A program made the translations under genes and the position numbers. Shown one piece after another: positions 26,672 through 39,520 of a stretch of 64,000 nt of DNA (its first letter is position 1; each line of letters starts with the position of its first letter). Source of the DNA: Octopus sinensis (lineage: Eukaryota); contig NC_043012.1 of assembly GCF_006345805.1 (NCBI RefSeq), positions 55,862,001-55,926,000 on the forward strand. The letters run 5' to 3'. Below the pieces are notes generated by a model, which was not told the DNA's origin, searched no databases, and saw nothing but the letters and a program-made list of their open reading frames with translations.

Positions 26672-27109
26672 CATTTATATATATATGCTTTCATACATAA
26701 ATACATACAAATATACATATGTGTGTCTATAGACATTTATATAAATGTGGGTGCGTCCTTGTGTTTGTATTTGTTCCCTACTATCGCTTGACAACCTGTG
26801 TTGGGTTTGTTTAGACCTCCGTAATATAGCGGTTCGGTAAAAGGAGATGATAGAATAAGAACCGGACTTAAGAAACAAAAAAAAAACGAAAGAAAATCAA
26901 TCAATACTGAGGTCGATGTAATCGATTTAGATCCAATCCTCAAAATTGCTAAAATTGTGTTAAAAATTGAAACTGTTATGATACAATCCACCCAGGATGT
27001 TTCTATTTGGTGACTCAACTTAAGACCCAATAGCAGCCCGTTCTACCACAGATTACTGCACTTCTACACTTCTAGAATTATTCCTCACACATAGTTCCAG
27101 TAAGTTGGG

Positions 27110-27420
27110 GCAACCGTTCATACCGCAAGAGAAACAGTGCAGTTGCTACGGCAGTGCTTTGGAGAGCGAATAATCTTCCACTACGGCAATGTCAACTGGT
27201 CTTCACGTTCCCCAGACTTGACTAGCCCGGATTTTTTCTTGTAGAGATACCTGAAAGAGAGGATTTACGTCAACAAACCGGAAACCCTGATGCAACTGAA
27301 GGAAACCATCAATAGAGAAATCAGAGATGTGGAGGGGGGTCTGAAACTCTTGAGGGTGTTACGGTGCAAGTTTTGGAAAGAGCACAGGCTTGCGAAGCCG
27401 AAAATGGCACGTTCCTTTCC
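27110..27420 (+). mobile_element. IS630-Tc1-mariner transposase C-terminal remnant
   Basis: TVHTARETVQLLRQCFGERII and RSPDLTSPDFFL*RYLKERIYVNKPETLMQLKETINREI. Confidence 0.7.
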
Positions 27421-27693
27421 TGCCAAGCTTACTGTCTAAACCATGTTTGTGTGCTCCCAGTCAACAGCCTTATCATTACTGGTACTTTAAACTCTTCGGT
27501 TGCATATTTGTGTGAATAAAATTGTTTTTCTTTGGAATAGAAAAAAAGTATCTTTATTTCTTCTTTTGCTGGTGTCTCAAATTTAGGTTAAATCAGTGTT
27601 TCTCAAAGTGTTTCTCTGACAAGTTGTTTCGAAAATATTTGATTTAAATGTTTGACAACTCAGCACCGTCCATTGGACGGGGGCGTTTTGCTC

Positions 27694-27758
<65 letters not shown>

Positions 27759-28078
27759 ACAGGCTTCTTTCAGTTTCCGTCAACCAAATCCCCTCACAAG
27801 GTTTTGATCGGCCAGAGGCTGTAGTAGAAGACACTTGCTCATGTACCTCGCTGAACCCGAAAGTATGTGGTTGAGAAGTAAGCTTCTTAGCACACACCCA
27901 TACCTGCGCCTGGTTACTGAGTTCTAACACGAGCTTATTAGCATCGCAATCTCTAAGCGAAATATATATATATATATTTATAAATTATGCCACATAATAT
28001 ATATATATATATATATGCATGTATGTATGTATGTATGTATGTATGTATATATGATGTATGTATATATATGTATATATA

Positions 28079-28127
<49 letters not shown>

Positions 28128-28238
28128 TACACTCACACAATGGTTAATAACAAAATAGCAGAAAATTAGTTAATTAGCTAGTTAGCCCGTACGTTAGGTA
28201 TGTATACATGCATGTAGGTATGTAGGTATGTAGGTAGG

Positions 28239-28330
<92 letters not shown>

Positions 28331-28619
28331 AAGGTATAGCTAGGTAAATAGATGGATACATAGGCATGTAAACAGATGCATCAAAAGTAAACGTTACATA
28401 TAATATCTAATTCCTTCGATCTGTTTACACAGCTGAAACAATGTCAGGAATTCAGAACACATCGAAGTATGTTTTGTTGTATTTTAGACTTCTGAACCTG
28501 GATTCTTCACCGATTCTTCACAGTTTAACATCACATCTGCTGTTTAACTACTAACTAAATATATACATATCAACACGGTTTGACGGAATATCATTCTGCT
28601 GATTCAGCGTTTTACAACC

Positions 28620-28870
28620 GAAGTGAGTCGTCGCCCAAATTGAATCGTAACCAAAATTCAGTTACAGTTTCAATTTAAAATGCAGGTCAAATTGAGTTGC
28701 GTTTCAAGATTTATTTGTGGATTAGATTGCGTTGAGGTCAAAACTGAGTCGCTGTTCAGATTGAATCGCGGTTCAAACTGAACATTAATCCAAAATGAAT
28801 GACGTTTCAGATTAAGTCAGAGCTCAAACTAGTTCAAATTAAATCGTTGCCCAAATTGAGTCGCGAATCA
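28620..28870. repeat. Highly degenerate 17-bp minisatellite, consensus ~CAAATTGAGTCGCGNTT
   Basis: Successive 17-mers CAGATTGAATCGCGGTT, CAAACTGAACATTAATC, CAAAATGAATGACGTTT, CAGATTAAGTCAGAGCT, and later CAAATTAAATCGTTGCC, CAAATTGAGTCGCGAAT. Confidence 0.6.
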
Positions 28871-29233
28871 GAGTTTCATTATAATTTTGAAAATGAAGCG
28901 AAGAGTCTTTTACTTTTAAAATGTTTAGCAAAATATTAAATGTTTGCGAATACGTTATCATTAATCAATGGTTCTAATAAGTACTACAACAGAACATTTA
29001 CTACGAACAAAATCGAATAAAATTTTTCTATTTTATCTTTTATATTCAAATATTAAAAACGAACGATGTAGCGTTATAAATTAGTTACAACTGAGTCATC
29101 ATGACACAGAGGAATGCAGCTTCACTATCTTATTTCTTTATTGCCCACCAGGGGCTAAACATAGAGGAGACAAATAAGGACAGCTGTTGAAGAAAGTCTA
29201 TTTTCTACGAACGTTTATAATAATTTTCTCTGC

Positions 29234-29640
29234 GCAGGAGTGGCTGTGTAGTAAGTAGCTTACTTACCAACCACATGGTTCCGGGTTCAGTCCCACTGCG
29301 TGGCACCTTGAGCAAAGTGTCTTCTACTATAGCCTCGAGCCGACCAAAGCCTTGTGAGTGGATTTGGTAGGCGGAAACTGAAAGAAGCCCGTCGTATATA
29401 TGTATATGTATATATATATATGTGTTTGTGTGTCTGTGTTTGTCCCCACCAACGTCGCTTACCAACCGATGCTGGTGTGTTTACACCCCCGTAACTTAGC
29501 TCTTTCGGCAAAAGAGACCGATAGAATAAGTACAAGACTTGCAAAGAATAAGTCCTGGGGTCGATTTACTCGACTACAAGACGGTGCTCCAGCATGGCCG
29601 CAGTCAAATGACTGAAACAAGTAAAAGAGTAAAGGTAAAA
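29234..29640 (+). mobile_element. Full-length SINE with internal (TA/TG)n microsatellite and (TAAAAGAG) tail; relatives at 47400-47848 (-), 59515-60196 (-), 61140-61530 (-) and others
   Basis: Head GGAGTGGCTGTGTAGTAAG..GGTTCAGTCCC, body CTACTATAGCCTCG..GGAAACTGAAAGAAGCCCGTCG, microsatellite, then 3' part ending GGTGCTCCAGCATGGCCGCAGTCAAATGACTGAAAC. Confidence 0.85.
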
Positions 29641-30306
29641 GGTTTGAAATTTTTGGAGGAGAGGGTGGTGGCTAGTTGATTACATCGAACGAGTGTTCGA
29701 CTGGTACTCTTTTCAACCCTACTGAAAGGATAAATGTCAAAGTCGACCTTGGTGGAATTTGAACTCAGAACTTAAAGACGGACGAAATGCCACTACGCAT
29801 TTTGTCCAGTGTGCTAACGATTCTACCAGCTCGCCGTTTTAGTAATGTCTATGATAATAGTGGTTTATATCTCAAAGGTTACAAGACAACGGGTGAGTCT
29901 GTACGTAGTCGGCTGATCTGTTAAAAATAACACCCAAAACTTCTCCCTATCATCATACCTTCAAATAATTGTCTCCCAAAAAGGGAAGGATATCAGGCTT
30001 GAACGCTGCTCGTCACAGGGAACGTAAATTTGCTCAGTTGATCAGGTGATCTGGGACTAAACAACAATGACGGCTCCAATAAGAAAAACTGCAACAAGCC
30101 AACGAAAGAGCTTTCACCATCACTTTCGGCTTGATAGAATTTGCGGTCAAATCTCCCTCAAATCACACCTTACGTTTAAAAAAAAACAACAAACAAACTC
30201 AAACACATCACAATGAAGTCTAGATTTACAAAAATGCACGTGATGGTCGCAACTGGAAGCCTGTGATCATAAATTTGTTTAACCAGACATGAACAAGGGC
30301 TAAAGA

Positions 30307-30307
<1 letters not shown>

Positions 30308-30371
<64 letters not shown>

Positions 30372-30400
30372 AGCTGCTGCTGCTGCTGCTGCTACTACTG

Positions 30401-30445
<45 letters not shown>

Positions 30446-30470
30446 TCGCTGCTTCTGCTGCTGCCTCTGC
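30308..30470. repeat. (CTA)n/(CTG)n compound trinucleotide repeat; (GTA)n/(GCA)n at 45940-46058
   Basis: Direct reading. Confidence 0.95.
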
Positions 30471-31719
30471 CGCTTTACAGCTATTTATAAATTAAGTGAA
30501 ATTTAAGTCGAATAGGCGTATAAAAGTACGTCTTTTTCTTCCGTTGTCTCTTGACAGTGTAAGAGATTAGGGCGGAGTGACAGTTTTTGACTTGAAACAA
30601 ATTTTATGAAGAATGGATCAGAGGCCGGACGTCTTAAATTTCCAAACAAATTTCCTAAGTGATCTCCTCGTCTTGAAAATGAAAGTGGGTTACATTACAT
30701 TATAGTGTACTCCTAAATATGGAATATTCTACAGAAAGGAAAAAAAAAAAAAAAACAACATGACAGCCATGGTTGGAACATCTTTGATCATCAGGCATAG
30801 CTCACTTATGCTAAATAACGACAAAAATTCAGTTCTTGTTTCAGATTGGCAGTAGAGAAAAGCCACTTTCCTTTGTACTGACGAAGTGTAAAATATTTAG
30901 AATGCTTAACGTCTTTTTCTTTTCTTTTCTTTTTTCATTTGGCTACGAAGCTGTAATGTACCTCAGTAGAAACGTCTGCTGGTGCACAGCCTGTAGGCCT
31001 GGAGACGACCATGAGTACAGTTTTAAGCACAAGATACTTTTTTTTACGTAATAAATAACCTGTTGCCTTATCGACACCTGAATGGAGGTAACAAGGCTCA
31101 ATCTAATCATTGTGACATTAATAACAAAAGAATGTACATTACGATTCCCAGTGTAAGGATGCTACGTGGTCAGGAGAAATCTTCAACATCAAGGCGGGAT
31201 CAACAAATTTTGAATTTGTATAGCATTCCCAATTTCATTGTCAATAAACAGTCCTAGCTTATGCCTAAAAGCGGCCTCTTGCTTCATCTCATTATCAGGC
31301 CAAAGACCGACCTCTCGGTGACTTCTTTGGTAAACACTGCATGCTTAAAAAAACTTTAGGCCGTTATTTCGCGTAGTCTTTCCATTATTGAAATTAAACT
31401 TAAATCATATATAATGGTATTAATATCAGCGTGTAAATATTGTTAAACAAAAAAGCCCTTTTGAAAGAAAAATATCGAAGGCTACTCGTGAGACGTTTCT
31501 AAGAGGTTTCCTCTTCGACCTTCCAATTCAAAAGCCCAGCCCTATTACACTGAGAATAACCTGAGAATCAACACTCATCTTGCCCATTAAACTTCGTCGT
31601 TAATACCGTTCAGTTATCGAGGCAACCACTCTTGCTATGATGGGTTTATTCATAATCTAAACATACTACAGTTTAAAACCCCACAAACTGCAGGGGCCTC
31701 TAAATGATTAAATCGCAGA

Positions 31720-32142
31720 TATACAACCGCTCTATCGTTCCACCACCGCTCATATCTCTCTGAGATATTTAGAAATTAAATATTTCTAATTTTGGTGATC
31801 AGTGAATAAACTTCACTGAAAATATATATATTGCGAAGGCTTGGTAAGCATCTCCAACTAGCAGGCCATGATACCCAAGACTGATGACGAGCAAGACTCA
31901 CAAACATGCATGCCTCTAGGTGCTGGCCTAGTTGTTGGGGGTGCTTGTCTCCCCTTCGCAAATATAAGGACACAGGAAATGTGTCAAAGCCGACAGGAAG
32001 CGTCGATGCTTCCTAGGGCTAAATAGCGGTGGTGTGATTCCCTTTACGGGACTGTCACGTTAAGTTGACAGTATACAACCGCTCTATCGTTCCCCCACCG
32101 CTCATATCTCCCTGAGATATTTAGAAATTTAATATTTCTAAT
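31720..32142. repeat. ~70-bp direct repeat (31720-31790 and 32072-32142), each containing two adjacent hairpins
   Basis: ATATCTC-nnn-GAGATAT immediately followed by TTAGAAAT-n5-ATTTCTAA in both copies. Confidence 0.8.
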
Positions 32143-32532
32143 GTCTTCAATTTTTGTGATTTATTCTAGTATAGCGTTTTAACAAAGAAGCCTCTAGGCG
32201 TTATATGGCCTAGGGTGTCACCAAGTCTAAATCCGGTTCAGCATTCTCACCTCCATTTAGTAACAAATAGCTATCCTGTGATTGACGTTCAATGCTGAAA
32301 TTAGATATATGATTGTTAAAAGGGGAGAAAGAAAACAGAGAACTCATTACGTAATGTAAAGCTTATAATTAGTCTTTTATTGATTGTAATTGTTATGGGT
32401 GTGAATCAAGGGCTGACATGAAACTCTAGGCTCTTGATAACCGAAGAGATGGTGTTGTGGATTTCCACCTCGGCATTCGAAACTCAGAGTTTTATCTTGG
32501 CTATTGAATAATTGTCACATATTATTTTAGAG

Positions 32533-32626
<94 letters not shown>

Positions 32627-32727
32627 TAGATAGATAGATAGAAGATAGATAGATAGATAAAGAGAGAGAGAGAGGTATAAAGAAGAAACAAATATATATT
32701 TTCTCTCCCTCTCTCTTCTTCCCTTCC

Positions 32728-32791
<64 letters not shown>

Positions 32792-33631
32792 CATACATAC
32801 ATACATATAGACAGACAGACAGACAGACAGATTAATAGATCGATAGGGAGAGAGAGAGAGGAGGGGAAGAGAGGGAAAGGAAGACAGGCAGATAGACAGA
32901 CAAACAGATAGATTCGTGAGAGCGATATGTTCACTGAAAGCAAACCAACTTGTTGCCAATTCAAATATGTTTGAGTGATATTCGAACCCGTAAAAGGCTT
33001 TTCACAGCAATTTGTCACGGAGAAAAAAAATTACATGAGAGAAAAAAATAGGGGGATTGTAAAAACAGCACAGAGCTCCCCCTATCGGATTGATGGATAT
33101 CGTCAACCTCATCATCAGGAAGTTTTGCGTATACTTCACATAAATTCCAACATCAAGTACAGGACATGACTTTTCTCAACTTTGAAAATTACTCTTTCAG
33201 CTCGAGAGCTGCAGCCAAAAACATTTTTAAAGTGATTAACTTATACTAGGATATACAACAACCCATTTGTGTTGGCTTTATAATTATCTGTCATTAGATC
33301 TCACGTATTTCCTATTTGCAATGCTATAAATAATTTCTATTTTTAATTTTGCTTTCTCGTCTGAAAAGCAAACACCTATTCATTAATTCAGTTTCGCTTT
33401 TTGTCCATGTTTCACGCTTATTCAAGCATATAAGTGTTACCTGTAGGTTGTTTCTTTTATTAATTTTTAATTTTTATTTCTTACTACTTAACCAAAAGGG
33501 CAATGACCATAACCATTTTCAGTTTCCGTCTACCAAATCCACTCACAAGACTTTGGTCAACTCACGCTATAGTAGAACACACGCAGTGGGATTGAACCCG
33601 CAACTATGTGATTGGGAAGCATGTACATACC

Positions 33632-33692
<61 letters not shown>

Positions 33693-33974
33693 TATGTATA
33701 TGCTGTGTAGCAAAACGGTGGTGCATCAGCATAGTCGTAGCTCTGATCTGAAACTATAGTAAAAAAAAAATATATATAATGAAACTCTGAGTTTTTCCGA
33801 TGGCCGGATAACTGAAGAGATGGTGGTGTGGATTTCCCCCTCGGCATCCAAAACTCAGAGCTTTATCATGGCTACCGAATATTTGCCACATATTACATTT
33901 ACAGATAAATTCCTCTATTTACATAATATTGAGGTCTCTTTCTTTCTTTTCTTTTGTTATCTTACCGTTTTTTA

Positions 33975-34016
<42 letters not shown>

Positions 34017-34243
34017 ATATTATATATATAATATATATTATATATATATATAAGTAATACTAAGTAATTAAGGGTTACAACGAATGCCTCCAACACACCG
34101 AATTTAGAATAGCAGTCAAAAAGATAGCTATGCCCTTCTACTAAAAGGGGGATCTCAGTAAAAACACAGCACTTGAAAGGCAAACACAGACAGGTAAGAA
34201 AGAAAGAATGAAATGACGGCAATCCATCATGCAATTTACGTTA

Positions 34244-34335
34244 CCTACGGACGTACGTTTCGAGATCAAGTTTTAGGATAGCGTAAGAATTAGAAAATTC
34301 TACTTTACCCGTACTTCTTCTCTCATCGGCGCAGG
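34244..34335 (-). ncRNA. Type I hammerhead-like motif with long stem II insertion and U4C core
   Basis: CCTGCG-CCGATGA-GAGA[53 nt]TCTC-GAAAC-GTAC-GTC-CGTAGG. Confidence 0.55.
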
Positions 34336-35121
34336 ATACTACAATTATGAATAATTGTATATTAAATTTTGAGATACTAGAATGCATCATCTCAACTCAG
34401 AGCGAGCTAAGCATGACCAGTACCACGAAATTCAAGTTTGAATGAAAGTTTGTGTCCCAGCCCCTAGAAGAAATGAGGTACTCAGAAAATCGGATGGTTT
34501 ATATTACAGATATTTATTTGTATATTACATTTTTTATAATATATCATATACTTAGATCATTAGCGCTTTTCTCCCTTCCAGTGGGGTTTTCAATCAAACT
34601 AAGTTCCTGTGTGAGGAATTTTGACTATTTTATAGTGGTATTGAGTTTGTAGTGGTGGGGAGGAATATAAGACAGTACAAGAGGGTGATGGATGAGGAGA
34701 AAGTATATATATATATATATATATGACAAAATGAGAACTGATAGTTTCGAGTGTGTACTTTCTATTAAAACAATAATCTTTAATTTCAAGATTTATGTAA
34801 GATTTGGCAACTGTTTCAAGAGCAGTAGCTCATGTGAACACGTAAAGCGCTGCCTTTTAACAGGTTCATGCAACAAGGAATGTTGCTCCCTACTCCAACG
34901 ACCTCCATCCCATACTGGTTAACCTTATCATGTTGAGTCAGAGCGTCACAGATCTCGTCTGGTATCTTTCTCTGTAATGCAGACGCAGAGTTTATCGTCA
35001 ACTTCAGATTTTTATTGATCGGAGAAGGCCCGGTTTCTTGTCAGCCTCCTTCTTTTACTGAAGATAAGGGTGACACGTAACACATGTCTATATTTCGAAG
35101 TAAAAACAACTCACGACCGCT

Positions 35122-35155
<34 letters not shown>

Positions 35156-35467
35156 TATGGAGCAACGATTTTCATGTAATATGGGACGTTTTTATAACCA
35201 TGACCCAGTCATATTTTTGAGGTGACACATTATGTTACAGGATACACAAACGTTTCGCAACTGCTATACCTCTTATACATACGTACATACATACATACAT
35301 ACATACATACATACATACATACATACATACATACATACATACGTGCGTACATATGCACATACATACATACATACGTATATACATACATACATACATACAT
35401 ACATACTACATACTTGCTTACATATGCACATACATACATACGTACATGTATCTTTCTATCAACCTAC

Positions 35468-35547
<80 letters not shown>

Positions 35548-35575
35548 ATATCTATTTATCTATCTATCTCTCTAT

Positions 35576-35619
<44 letters not shown>

Positions 35620-35651
35620 GTATATGTATATATATATATATTATATATATG

Positions 35652-35704
<53 letters not shown>

Positions 35705-35780
35705 ATATATGTATATTATATTTATTATATATAAATAATATATATATGCATATATACATACGTATATGTACATACATCTA

Positions 35781-36042
35781 TACGTATATATACATGCATA
35801 TGTGAGCATAGGACGTCACAAAATGTGTACACAAAAAAAATACGAAGTACGCGTACATGGAATATGACTTTTTTTTTCGAACAACGAAAGACAGAAATGG
35901 AAAATAAGACAAGCAACACAATGAACGATCCTTCATCAGTGTTCGAAAAAATAGTTCATATTCCATGTACACGAACCTCATATTTTTGTTGTATACGTTT
36001 CGTGACGTCCTGTGCCCACATATGCATATATATATATACGTA
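35781..36042. mobile_element. Fold-back MITE, ~100-bp imperfect arms, ~58-bp spacer
   Basis: GCATATGTGAGCATAGGACGTCAC..GTACATGGAATATGA mirrored by TCATATTCCATGTAC..GTGACGTCCTGTGCCCACATATGC. Confidence 0.7.
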
Positions 36043-36062
36043 TATATATAAGTATATATATG

Positions 36063-36131
<69 letters not shown>

Positions 36132-36519
36132 CTAGCAGTATCGCCCGGCGTTGCTCGGGTTTGTAAGGTAAATAACTATATAGCATTTTTAGAGAGTTAT
36201 AGCAAAAAAATGCATTAAAAATGGAATAAAAAATGATGGTAATTTTTTTTAAAATCGTTGACTCATCGTAGACATTTTAGAGAGTTACTTCCCTTATATA
36301 ATAGCGAAAAAATGCATTAAAATGGAAAAAATGAAGGTAATTTTTTTTAAAAATCGTAGACTCATCGTAGACACACGCTAATACCCAGAAGGGCTCGATA
36401 TGAATCACGACTATAAGATACCCGGTTTTGGTTAAACTGCACCGCAAAATGTGGGAGTAGTTAGGAATCTAAATCGTAGGAGACAGACACTCACACAACT
36501 ACAGTTTTATATATATAGA
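36132..36519 (-). mobile_element. Non-autonomous Helitron
   Basis: A|TCTATATATAT...CCCGAGCAACGCCGGG hairpin...CTAG|T on the minus strand, no TSD. Confidence 0.85.
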
Positions 36520-36952
36520 TATACACACACACACACACACATATATATATAAATATATATTAATATATATTTTTTATATGATTAAACGCCATGTATCCTC
36601 TTCCAAGTAATTTTTCCCCCTCTCTCTCTCTCTGTATATATATATATAAACACTGTGTGTGTGCGTATGTGTGTGTGTGTATTGGTTTGTTTATGTCCCT
36701 GTAATTCAGCATTTCGATAAGAGACCCGACCCAGACATAAAAATTAAGTACTGGGGGCGATTTGTTCGAATAAACCCTTTAAGATGGTAGCAGTCAAATG
36801 AATGAAAGAGTTGGAGTGGCTGTGTGGTAAGTAGGTGCTTACCAACCGCATGGTTTCGGGTTCGGTCCCACTGCGAGTGTCTTCTACTATAGCCCCGGAC
36901 CGACCAAAACCTTGTGTGTGGATTTAGTTGACGGAAACTGAATGAAACCGTC

Positions 36953-37009
<57 letters not shown>

Positions 37010-37017
37010 ATATATAT

Positions 37018-37912
37018 AATAGAAATATTCAAATACTAAGTCTCTATAAAAGAGATTACGGCAGCGTTTACTGGAAATTAATTGTTATCGCCATAATCAA
37101 TATGGCATTCTTATAGATATAAGAATATCGCTGCCGCTGGTCAACTCCATGAGGCCACCGCCTTAAGATAGCTATGTGATACACGATCTGTATCCATTAT
37201 AACCTTCGAACAAAGGAGGTAGGTCAGCCGCTTCACACTGCCAGTCCGACAGCTACAGACGCGTTTCTGGGTATTGCCCCTTGTCAATGTAGCGCAGTCA
37301 GACCCCGCAGGTGTCGCCACTGACGTCTCTGTTCGAAGGTTTCTATTTACCTAGTTTCAGTGGAATACATCCACTTGTTTTCAATAATAGAAATATTAAA
37401 ATTACTAAGTCTCTATAAAAGAGATTACAGCAGCGTTTACTGGAAATTAATTGTTATCGCCATATCAATATGGCATTCTTATAGATATAAGAATAATCGC
37501 TGCCGCTGGTCAGCTCCATGAGGCCACCGCCTTAAGATAGCTATTGATACACGATCTGTATCCATTATAACCTTCGAACAAGGGAGGTCAGCCGCTTCAC
37601 ACTGCCAGTCCGACAGCTACAGACGCGTTTCGGGGTATTGCCCCTTGTCAATGTAGCGCAGTCAGACCCCGCAGGTGTCGCCACTGACGTCTCTGTTCGA
37701 AGGTTTCTATTTACCTAGTTTTAGTGGAATACATCCACTTGTTTTCAATAATAGAAATATTAAAATTACTAAGAGATTGTTCGAAGGTTATAATGGATAC
37801 AGATCGTGTATCAATAGCTATCTTAAGGCGGTGGCCTCAAGGAGCTGACCAGCGGCAGCGATTATTCTTATATCTATAAGAATGCCATATTAATATGGCG
37901 ATAACAATTAAT
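37018..37912 (-). mobile_element. Penelope/retrozyme-like element: ~2.1 x 364-bp tandem plus 136-bp inverted copy, with two U3:A8 hammerhead motifs
   Basis: Units start at 37018, 37386 and 37750. 37777-37912 inverts ~37446-37581. HHRs at 37252-37293 and 37616-37657. Confidence 0.8.
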
Positions 37913-38214
37913 ATATATATATATATAGCTTTGATTGTTACGTAAACTTCGTGACAACATCGTTGGAGCATTAACGGCAGCGTTGGATAGAACTGAATCT
38001 GAGTGTTTTGAGGTGATCCCACTAATCTATATTATCTGTATTATCCTCCAAGAAGCCTGAATCCTAAAAAAAAATTGTTTTTGAAGTGGATGAGTTGTAA
38101 AACCACAGAAGACTGACAGTTTTCTTGATGTAATCTTGTAAAGAATAGGAGGATGATGACATCTGAATCTCTGGACCAGTAGAAAGTTATAAGCATCCAA
38201 GAGCTCATACTGCG

Positions 38215-39140
38215 AGCTACACCGATTTCAAATTTTGGCTCAAGGCCAGCAAATTCAAGGGGGCGGTAAGTCGATTATATTGACCCCAGTACTCGACTGG
38301 TACTCGTTTTATCAATCCCGATGGGATGAAGGGCAAAGTCGACCTCGGCAGAATTTGAACTCGCAACGTGTGGACGAACGAAATACCTATTTCTTTACTG
38401 CCCACAAGGGGATACACACAGAGGACAAACAAGGACAGACAAACGGATTAAGTCGATTAGATTGACCCCAGTGCGTAACTGGTACTTATTTAATCGACCC
38501 CGAAACGATGAAAAGTAAAGTCGACCTCGGCGGAATTTGAACTCAGAACGTAACGGCAGACGAAATACCTATTTCTTTATTACCCGCAAGATGCTAAACA
38601 CAAAGGGGACAACAAGGACAGACAAACGGATTAAATCGATTTATCGACCCCAGAGCGTAACTGGTACTTATTTAATCGACCCCGAGAGGATGAAAGGTAA
38701 CGTCGACCTCGGCGGAATTTGAACTCAGAACGTAGCGGCAAACGAAATACCTATTTCTTTATTACCCGCAAGATGCTAAACACAAAGGGGACAAACAAGG
38801 ACAGACAAACGGATTAAATCGATTATATCGACCCCAGAGCGTAACTGGTACTTATTTAATCGACCCCGAGAGGATGAAAGGTAACGTCGACCTCGGCGGA
38901 ATTTGAACTCAGAACGTAGCGGCAAACGAAATACCTATTTCTTTATTACCCGCAAGATGCTAAACACAAAGGGGACAAACAAGGACAGACAAACGGATTA
39001 AATCGATTATATCGACCCCAGAGCGTAACTGGTACTTATTTAATCGACCCCGAGAGGATGAAAGGTAACGTCGAACTCCGGAACGAAATACCGCTAAGCA
39101 TTTCGCCTGGCGTGCTAACGTTTCTGCCTGCTCACCACCT
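38215..39140 (-). mobile_element. SINE multimer (one head + 5 bodies, ~183-bp period)
   Basis: GAAATACCTATTTC junctions at 38380, 38562, 38744 and 38928. Head at ~39085-39140. Confidence 0.85.
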
Positions 39141-39269
39141 TATATCCTGCGAACTATATTGGCTTTGTTATTGATATGAGCATTTCTGTTCAGGTTAAGG
39201 TTTTCAACAATCACTTCCTTAGGCTTTCTCTCGAGAGAAGAGAACAGAGCTGTTTTAGGCACATCCTGT

Positions 39270-39520
39270 TTTCCGCAGTGGATGAGCCCAAACTTTTCTT
39301 CGTTCTATCAGTATTTTGCTTTTATATCAAGCTTCATCATGTAGATCAGAATGAAGTTTCATTCGGTCAACTAGTCCGTTGACGACCTTTTGAAGCTGAG
39401 AGATGTATGCGAAAATTTTGATTTTGTTTTGTTCATTAACATCTGTAATATCGTTATGTAAATTATGAAGAGAAGTGAGAGAAGTGGACCCAACATTTGC
39501 TATCTTCGTGTGAAACCTGT
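39270..39520 (-). mobile_element. Highly degraded CR1/L2-like RT fragment
   Basis: Minus-strand MLGPLLSLLFIIYI/NDITD..KIKIFA and NEEKFGLIHCGK resemble the LGPLLFIIYIND..IFADD and FNxEKF motifs. Confidence 0.45.

Noticed and set aside
34816-35001. 61-aa minus-strand ORF in unique-looking sequence
   Set aside because: No recognisable domain or splice pattern. It cannot be supported without a search.
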